From positions 1 to 13,777 of the forward strand of contig JBBCAX010000279.1 of NCBI GenBank assembly GCA_051382335.1: a stretch of 13,777 nt of DNA, written 5' to 3'. A program made the translations under genes and the position numbers. Shown one piece after another: positions 8,028-13,777 of this stretch. Positions within the stretch are counted from its first letter, which is position 1. Every line of letters starts with the position of its first letter. Source of the DNA: Deltaproteobacteria bacterium TL4 (GTDB lineage Bacteria > SAR324 > NAC60-12). Below the pieces are notes generated by a model, which was not told the origin of the DNA, made no database searches, and saw only the letters and a list, made by a program, of their open reading frames with translations.

Positions 8028-9523
8028 ATTCCTCCTACAGTCAATTCAGATACCAAGACAGTTGGTAAACCAACGCCCACCGGAACACTTTGACCATCTT
8101 TACCGCACGTCCAAATACCTTCGCTGAAGGCAAAGTCATTTCCAACCATAGTTACTTTGGACATGGCGTCAGGGCCATTACCGATCAAAGTGAAATTTTT
8201 GATGGGATAGGTCAGTTTTCCCTCCTCAACCCTATAAGCGATTGTTGGAACAAACACAAAATCACCGTTTGAAATATCAACTTGTCCCCCGTTGAACGAC
8301 TCACAATAGATGCCTTTTTTGACCGACTTGATGATGTCCTCAGGCGAGGATTCTCCATTTGCCAAATAAGTAGTGGTCATGCGAGGCATGGGATAGTGCG
8401 CATACGATTCCCGTCGCCCGTTACCCGTATAAGGGGTGTTATAATAGTGAGCGCTGATGCGGTCATTCATGTAGCCCCTTAAAATCCCCTTCTCGATCAA
8501 TAAATTGGTTTGTGGAAAATTCCCCTCATCATCAAAATTGAGGGAACCGCGATCATATTCAATGGTTCCCGTGTCATAGATAGAACACAAGTCCGAGGCC
8601 ACTTTTTCTCCTAACCGTCCGCTGTAGGCCGAAGTGCCTTTACGGTTAAAATCGGCTTCTAACGGATGGCCAACGGCTTCATGCAAGAGAATCCCCGATT
8701 GCGCCGGACCGAGAATCACAGGCATCATCCCCGAGGGGGCCTGCTTTGCGGAGAGCATCAAAAGTGCTTGAGACGCTGCTTTGTTGGCAAGTTCCGTGGC
8801 ATGATCCCTTTGACTTAAAAACTCGGCGCCAACTCGTCCGCCCGCTCCGGCGGAGCCTGTTTGCAGGTTGCTGTCTTCTTGAGCAACGCAGAAAATATTC
8901 ATCCGAAACATCGGCCGCGCGTCTCTAAGCAGGTGCCCTTCGGAGGTTGCAATCTGTAGATAGCGAAACGTATCCACCATGGAAACCGTAACCTTAACAA
9001 TCCGATCATCCTGTTCATAGGCGATTTTTTCCGCCTGTTGAATGATCGCGATTTTGGGCGGGAGCTCCATATCGGTGATCGTGTGCACTACGTTGTAATA
9101 GTTGGCCGGTATTTTTTCGTTGAAACGAAAGCCTTCGGTTAAGGCCACACTTCCGTGAGCGGCAATCGCCGCGGCAGAACGAGCCGCGTGAAGCATGGGG
9201 GCAAGATCCAGATCTTCGCTATAAGCATAACCGGTTTGATCCCCTTTTATCACACGAATCCCCACTCCGGTAATCACCGCGATTGAGGAACTTTTGATGA
9301 TTCGTTCTTCCATGACTACGGAATTATGAAAGGTATATTCAAAGTAGAGATCCGCGTAATCGCCTCCTCGGCTCAGTCCTTCCGACAACACTTTTTTCAT
9401 AAGGGCCTCATCAATACCCATCTGTCCCTCAAAAATATCACGGACCGTCGTGCGGTATGCGGGTGCGTTTGATAGCGCTGAGGCGACCAGGGTTTGTGGG
9501 TGCGTCATGTTTTGATCATTCAT
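8024..9523 (-). CDS. tldD: TldD metalloprotease
   Basis: 499 aa; GGDYADLYFE, metal motif LLHEAVGHPLEADFNRKGTS, GNGRRESYAHYPMPRMT, C-terminal CGKDGQSVPVGVGLPT. ATG overlaps lpxB stop (ATGAATGA). Confidence 0.95.
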   Translation of the reverse strand: MNDQNMTHPQTLVASALSNAPAYRTTVRDIFEGQMGIDEALMKKVLSEGLSRGGDYADLYFEYTFHNSVVMEERIIKSSSIAVITGVGIRVIKGDQTGYAYSEDLDLAPMLHAARSAAAIAAHGSVALTEGFRFNEKIPANYYNVVHTITDMELPPKIAIIQQAEKIAYEQDDRIVKVTVSMVDTFRYLQIATSEGHLLRDARPMFRMNIFCVAQEDSNLQTGSAGAGGRVGAEFLSQRDHATELANKAASQALLMLSAKQAPSGMMPVILGPAQSGILLHEAVGHPLEADFNRKGTSAYSGRLGEKVASDLCSIYDTGTIEYDRGSLNFDDEGNFPQTNLLIEKGILRGYMNDRISAHYYNTPYTGNGRRESYAHYPMPRMTTTYLANGESSPEDIIKSVKKGIYCESFNGGQVDISNGDFVFVPTIAYRVEEGKLTYPIKNFTLIGNGPDAMSKVTMVGNDFAFSEGIWTCGKDGQSVPVGVGLPTVLVSELTVGGM

Positions 9524-10679
9524 GGAATCCTTCTTTCTTTCCAGAGTCGATGCGTTTTAAAAAGGTGTTGATATGAAGCACAGCTTTTCCGTAGGCTCCA
9601 GACTCTCCCAATTTCACGCGGATTGTTTTTAAATTGGCTACCATCGTATCACGATAAGAGGAATCACTCAAAATATGCGCCACTTCCTCGACAATCCTGG
9701 CAGGGGTCATCTCTTTTTGAAGCAATTCAGGAATAATCAAACGATCCGCAAGAATATTGACCAATCCCAGATAAGAGATTTGTGCTAATTTCTTGGCAAT
9801 CCAAAAACTCAGTGAGGATACCCGGTATATAATGACAAACGGTGTCAAGGACAAACCCGTTTGTAAGGTTGCGGTTCCTGACGAAACAATGGCAACATCC
9901 GCAGCGTGCAAACACTCTAAAAATTGGTGTTGTACCAGTTGTACGGGTGCCCCGATTGGTCCTAATTCCGCACGGATTTTTTCAACATTCAACGTTTCCG
10001 CGACAGGCACCAGAAACTTGGCATTTTGATATTTTTGACCAAGAAGGGACAGAGTTTGCATTACTACGGGAAGATGCCGTTCGATTTCGCTAGGGCGGCT
10101 TCCTGGAGCGATGGTGATGATAGGTGAGGCGTGTTCGAGTTGAAAGTCTTTTTTAAATTGCTGTAACCGGGACTCGGAAACTTGTTCATCCAGCAGGGGA
10201 TGTCCCACAAAACGGACATTCACTCCGGCTTCCTGGTAGATCGCTTCCTCAAAGGGCAGAAGGACAATCATGAGGTCAACAACGCGAACGATGGTTTGAA
10301 GCCGTTTTTTCCTCCAGGCCCAGATTTGAGGACTGTTGAAAAAAATAACGGGAATGTCGCGACGTTTGGCCCGTATCGCCAGCTTGAGATTGAAGCCTGG
10401 ATAATCGACCAATAACACCGCGTCGGGTTTCTCCTGATCCATTGAGGCGCACAACCGATAGAACACCCGGTAGAGTCGAGGCAGATGACGGAGAACTTCA
10501 ATAAAACCGTTTACCTGTAACACCTCAAGGGTGTAATAAGGTCGGAGTCCCGCTCTGAGCATCTTGGGGCCTCCGATGCCATAGATATCCATGTCGGGAT
10601 GGTGTTGTTTCAAGCCTTGAATCAGCGAAGCCCCGTGTGTGTCTCCGGAAGCTTCACCGGCAACGATTAAAAGTTTCAT
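9516..10679 (-). CDS. lpxB: Lipid-A-disaccharide synthase
   Basis: 387 aa; IVAGEASGD, GIGGPKM, VDYPGFNL, SPQIWAWR, LPFE, FVGHPL, PGSRPSE, SGTATL, LVNILA, PELLQ. Confidence 0.96.
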   Translation of the reverse strand: MKLLIVAGEASGDTHGASLIQGLKQHHPDMDIYGIGGPKMLRAGLRPYYTLEVLQVNGFIEVLRHLPRLYRVFYRLCASMDQEKPDAVLLVDYPGFNLKLAIRAKRRDIPVIFFNSPQIWAWRKKRLQTIVRVVDLMIVLLPFEEAIYQEAGVNVRFVGHPLLDEQVSESRLQQFKKDFQLEHASPIITIAPGSRPSEIERHLPVVMQTLSLLGQKYQNAKFLVPVAETLNVEKIRAELGPIGAPVQLVQHQFLECLHAADVAIVSSGTATLQTGLSLTPFVIIYRVSSLSFWIAKKLAQISYLGLVNILADRLIIPELLQKEMTPARIVEEVAHILSDSSYRDTMVANLKTIRVKLGESGAYGKAVLHINTFLKRIDSGKKEGFHE

Positions 10680-10702
10680 GTTTCAATTCTAATGGATGGG
10701 TC

Positions 10703-10721
10703 TCAACTCCCCAAGAGTTGA
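10703..10721. promoter_or_regulatory. Operator-like palindrome in the 67-bp divergent intergenic region
   Basis: TCAACTC-CCCAA-GAGTTGA; perfect 7-bp arms, 5-nt spacer. Confidence 0.35.
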
Positions 10722-10746
10722 ACTACCTTTAGCAAATAAATGACTT

Positions 10747-12342
10747 ATGAATGAATTGATAAGCCTTGACCCCTCAGAAATCAGCAGCAAATTTATGGCT
10801 GTAACCCACAGAAGCACCTTTGACGGAGAGGGAAATGTTGAGGCGTTTCATTGTTTATCCTTACCTCAATTCTTCCATTTTGAAAAAGAACTGCTGCATC
10901 GTCCTGACCTTCTTCAGCTTCCTCAAGAGGAAACGGAAGAAACCAAGAACTTTTCCTATTGGTTTAAGGGCAAACTCGAAGTTACGCTGGGGTATCTTCA
11001 AGATCAGCTTTATGTCAAAGGTCGTATTCAGGAAGAGGAGCTGGATGCGCACCTCCATTATTATGCTCAAAAGAAAGACATGGGCACGTATCGGAAGCAT
11101 CTCCTCTATTTGGCCTTGATCCATTTGAAGGAAGCCAGAGAAACCTTTCGCTCTCAGGAACAAATTTATTTCTTATTCAAAACCATTGATTTTTTGCGGA
11201 TGTATATTCAGGTTACCGATAACCGCCTGGATATACTGGCATCTGGCATTATTGTCCATATATTTTCTACCTTTCCCAAATCTTTTGACGAAAAATATGA
11301 ATTGGAAAAGAAAATATTCAACAATTACTTCCAATTGTTTAAACTTCAACGGAATTATGCTCGACAAGGGTTCGGAATTCAAGACAATCATTCGCTCCGC
11401 TTAAGGATTGCTCAATTTTATACGCGGGAAAAAAACTATTATGACGCTCTGGTTCAATTTAGTCAAATCTTGAGGATGCTGGAACTACGAGTCAAAGAAG
11501 ACCCTAAATTGCTTTTAAACCAAATGAGAACGCACGTCTTGATTGGAAAAATTTTCCAGGAGCTGATTCATTTTGCTCAACCCGGAGAGGCAACGCTGCT
11601 TTCGACTTTCATTCATCGTTACAATCGGGATAACGAAACAGACCTTCCCAAACCCGCGATCACGCCGTTATTTCGTAATGATGTTCTTTCGATGAAACGA
11701 ACCAAGAGGGATTTAATTGTGATTGCCAATCAGCATTATAAACAAATTCAAAACCTTGGCGAAGAATTGGAAGCTTCCGGTTTTCGTGTTACGGATTCAA
11801 TCATTACCAGTTTGAAAGTTAGAAATTTACGAGCTCATTTGATTAAAGGCGTGAAGTTATTAAAAAATCAGGAATTCCAAACCCGTCAGCGTTTTTTTGA
11901 GGCCTTACGAAAACTAACGTCCCCCGCACCCAATCTCGCACAGAATGATTTGATTTGGAGAATTATGCTGACGGAGCGGGTCAACCTGGTTCAGTCCTTC
12001 AAAAATCGCTTAAAACAGCATAAAAAGTGGCTGGAAATGTACTCAGGCGCCATGTTTCAAATGGCAAAAAATTTCGAATATCTGGGGCAAGGGGATGAGG
12101 CTCTTCAATATGCCTACTGCGCATATAATGTTCTACCGCCTTTCCCCAATAAAAACTTTATAGAACTGCATCTGGAATTGCTTAAATACATCAAATCCTT
12201 ATGTGGATCTGAAAATCTGTCCTTCCACCAACACTCTGTTCGGGATCTCCGTCAGCAAGTGTTTTCAACCCACATCAAGCTGAACAGTCTCCTGGAAACG
12301 CTGGAACAAACCCGGCAGTATAAATACACTGTGAATGGGTAA
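10747..12342 (+). CDS. Hypothetical all-helical protein with TPR-like segments
   Basis: 531-aa uninterrupted ORF, divergent from lpxB. TPR-like LRLRIAQFYTREKNYYDALVQFSQILRML and AMFQMAKNFEYLGQGDEALQYAYCAYNVLP; no signal peptide or TM seen. SD weak, so start uncertain. Confidence 0.85.
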   Translation: MNELISLDPSEISSKFMAVTHRSTFDGEGNVEAFHCLSLPQFFHFEKELLHRPDLLQLPQEETEETKNFSYWFKGKLEVTLGYLQDQLYVKGRIQEEELDAHLHYYAQKKDMGTYRKHLLYLALIHLKEARETFRSQEQIYFLFKTIDFLRMYIQVTDNRLDILASGIIVHIFSTFPKSFDEKYELEKKIFNNYFQLFKLQRNYARQGFGIQDNHSLRLRIAQFYTREKNYYDALVQFSQILRMLELRVKEDPKLLLNQMRTHVLIGKIFQELIHFAQPGEATLLSTFIHRYNRDNETDLPKPAITPLFRNDVLSMKRTKRDLIVIANQHYKQIQNLGEELEASGFRVTDSIITSLKVRNLRAHLIKGVKLLKNQEFQTRQRFFEALRKLTSPAPNLAQNDLIWRIMLTERVNLVQSFKNRLKQHKKWLEMYSGAMFQMAKNFEYLGQGDEALQYAYCAYNVLPPFPNKNFIELHLELLKYIKSLCGSENLSFHQHSVRDLRQQVFSTHIKLNSLLETLEQTRQYKYTVNG

Positions 12343-12356
12343 AAAGTTCATTTCTT

Positions 12357-12430
12357 CGTTTTCCGTTGACCGTTCTCCGTTGACTGTTCTTCGTTATCCG
12401 AATACGGTCAACGGTCAACGGTTATCCGTT
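12357..12430. repeat. Heptamer tandem array followed by its inverted counterpart
   Basis: CGTTTTC CGTTGAC CGTTCTC CGTTGAC TGTTCTT CGTTATC, then CGAATA CGGTCAA CGGTCAA CGGTTAT. CCGTTGACCGTT (12363-12374) pairs perfectly with AACGGTCAACGG (12410-12421). Confidence 0.85.
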
Positions 12431-12555
12431 AAATTGGCGTCCTGGTTCTTTAATTGAAAAGTGAAGATATCACCCGTTTGAAGTATACCTTGCCGAATCC
12501 TGAGACGTTCCCGAAAACTCAGGAGTTCACAGGTCCCACCTGTCAGAACGCAGGC

Positions 12556-13242
12556 TTACCTCCTCACGTAAACCATGATTTTTTTGACGATTAATGGAAA
12601 AATCCCAAGAAGCGCGAAGGATAGCCACAAACCGGGAGAGGCCATATCTTTGAAGGAGTCGATTTTAATCAATTCAGAACCTGCGTTTACAAAGACGAGG
12701 GTTCCCGCCAACATTCCTGTTTGACTCACCCAGTAAAAGGTAAAGACGCGTATTGGAACCAAGCCCATCACCAGATTGGTCATAAAGAAGGGAAACGCGG
12801 GAATTAGCCGCATGGTGAACAAATAATAGGCGCCTTCTTCTTCGATTTTCCGATTGATGGACGTCAACTGATCTTTAAACTTGGTCTGCACATAAGCCCC
12901 CAATAACAGACGCGATACCAGCATGGCCAAAGTCGCTCCGATAGTGCTGGCAAAGGAAACCACAATCGTTCCTGTCACCAAACCAAACAACGCTCCCGCA
13001 GCCAGTGCCATGATTGTTCCGCCTGGCAGAGAGATTGCCGCCATGAGCACATAGCTGATGAAAAAACTGCCCAAGGTCAGGAGAGGGTGCTCCTGATGAT
13101 ATTGAAGAAACTGAGCACGGGAGTTTTTTAAATATTCAAACGTTAAATAGTGTTGCAGATCCAGGGCGATAAAGACGCAGACCAAGATCAACAGGGTTGC
13201 CACTATCAGCATTTTAATGGAATTTTTTTTTAAGAAAGTCAT
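12556..13242 (-). CDS. TVP38/TMEM64 family (VTT/SNARE-associated, DedA superfamily) membrane protein
   Basis: 228 aa, hydrophobic; SLPGGTIMALAAGALFG, SFASTIGATLAMLVSR, YLFTMRLIPAFPFFMTNLVMGL, FYWVSQTGMLAGTLVFVNAG. Confidence 0.92.
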   Translation of the reverse strand: MTFLKKNSIKMLIVATLLILVCVFIALDLQHYLTFEYLKNSRAQFLQYHQEHPLLTLGSFFISYVLMAAISLPGGTIMALAAGALFGLVTGTIVVSFASTIGATLAMLVSRLLLGAYVQTKFKDQLTSINRKIEEEGAYYLFTMRLIPAFPFFMTNLVMGLVPIRVFTFYWVSQTGMLAGTLVFVNAGSELIKIDSFKDMASPGLWLSFALLGIFPLIVKKIMVYVRR

Positions 13243-13429
13243 AGGGGCATCGGTATTTTTCTAAAGGGGACATTTAGTGTTCTTAGTGTGTTCTTCGTAG
13301 CTCCTTTTCAAACCACCTATTCGGATGGCATAATTTCAAAAAACACTGCAAAAGTTTTTCCTATGGATGTTCATTTAAATAACAGAAAACTCATCCTGTT
13401 GCGAGATCTGTTTAAACAACGCTGTTTCA

Positions 13430-13505
13430 GGAGTGCCAAAACTTGCTTTGGCCAGAAAGGCGATGGCCTTTCTTTGGACTTGGCCAAAGCAAGCTTTGGC
13501 ACGCC
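13430..13505. repeat. Second REP-like inverted doublet with an internal hairpin
   Basis: 13430-13454 GGAGTGCCAAAACTTGCTTTGGCCA versus reverse complement of 13481-13505 GGCGTGCCAAAGCTTGCTTTGGCCA (23/25). Each has a GCCAAA..TTTGGC stem. AGAAAGGC-GATG-GCCTTTCT at 13454-13473. Confidence 0.85.
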
Positions 13506-13680
13506 ACAGTCCAGGTTAGACTCAAATGAATTTATTTAACTGAACGTCTCTATGTGAGAGGCAAAGCCGCAATAAATCCTTTCTTGCGATTGCCCCCGAG
13601 AAGTAAAACCATGGTACGGTTTGAACTGAATAAATCAACTCAAAAGCAAATATAGTACCAGGAATTAGGTTTGGTTAGGC

Positions 13681-13777
13681 ATGACTTTTGCCAATTACCA
13701 GTTCAAATTTATGGTTGATGAGTTGTTTAAGCTCACTTTCAAAATCAGAAACATGATTGAGGAGCCGAAAGGCCTTG
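13681..13777 (+). CDS. Possible 5' end of a CDS truncated by the window edge
   Basis: ATG 13681 opens MTFANYQFKFMVDELFKLTFKIRNMIEEPKGL with no stop before the edge; SD weak; only 32 codons visible. Confidence 0.35.
   Translation, partial: MTFANYQFKFMVDELFKLTFKIRNMIEEPKGL

Noticed and set aside
6301..9523. RiPP/microcin cluster (tldD-pmbA plus small ORF as precursor)
   Set aside because: No YcaO, dehydrogenase, radical SAM or exporter; the small ORF has no Gly/Ser/Cys-rich core and is convergent.
625..11404. Remaining 60-121 aa ORFs nested in or antisense to the long genes
   Set aside because: Fully overlap well-supported CDSs and show no motifs; treated as shadow ORFs.
12499..12550. Short hairpins (CCTGAG..CTCAGG; ACAGGT-CCC-ACCTGT) as terminator of the DedA-family gene
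   Set aside because: 6-bp stems without a U-tract on either strand; too weak to call.
13288..13539. 83-aa ORF (+)
   Set aside because: Spans the REP doublet and resembles no known protein; probably spurious, though not excluded.
13555..13630. Possible c-di-GMP-I riboswitch (GGCAAAGCC..., stem GGCAA/CGCAA..TTGCG/TTGCC)
   Set aside because: No GNRA-capped P2 or recognisable GACGCAAA/receptor arrangement; an Infernal/Rfam search would be needed.

Overview
Bacterial chromosomal window, Gram-negative because it carries lpxB and a GT9 LPS heptosyltransferase. Gene style suggests a deltaproteobacterial/SAR324-like organism (inference only). Left to right: two overlapping hybrid histidine kinases (+); a convergent GT9 glycosyltransferase (-); a ~125-aa orphan (+) behind a sigma-28-like promoter; a translationally coupled lpxB-tldD-pmbA operon (-); a divergent 531-aa helical/TPR-like orphan (+); a TVP38/TMEM64 (DedA/VTT) membrane protein (-); and a possible CDS start at the right edge. 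No rRNA, tRNA, CRISPR array or transposase was seen. The least ordinary features are four different palindromic elements, one in each large intergenic gap (a perfect 34-bp inverted repeat of 9-mers, a 7-mer tandem/inverted array, two GGAG-type REP doublets), a tandemly duplicated ~70-aa domain ending the first kinase, and the sigma-28-driven orphan. No complete new system is demonstrated; these are leads.
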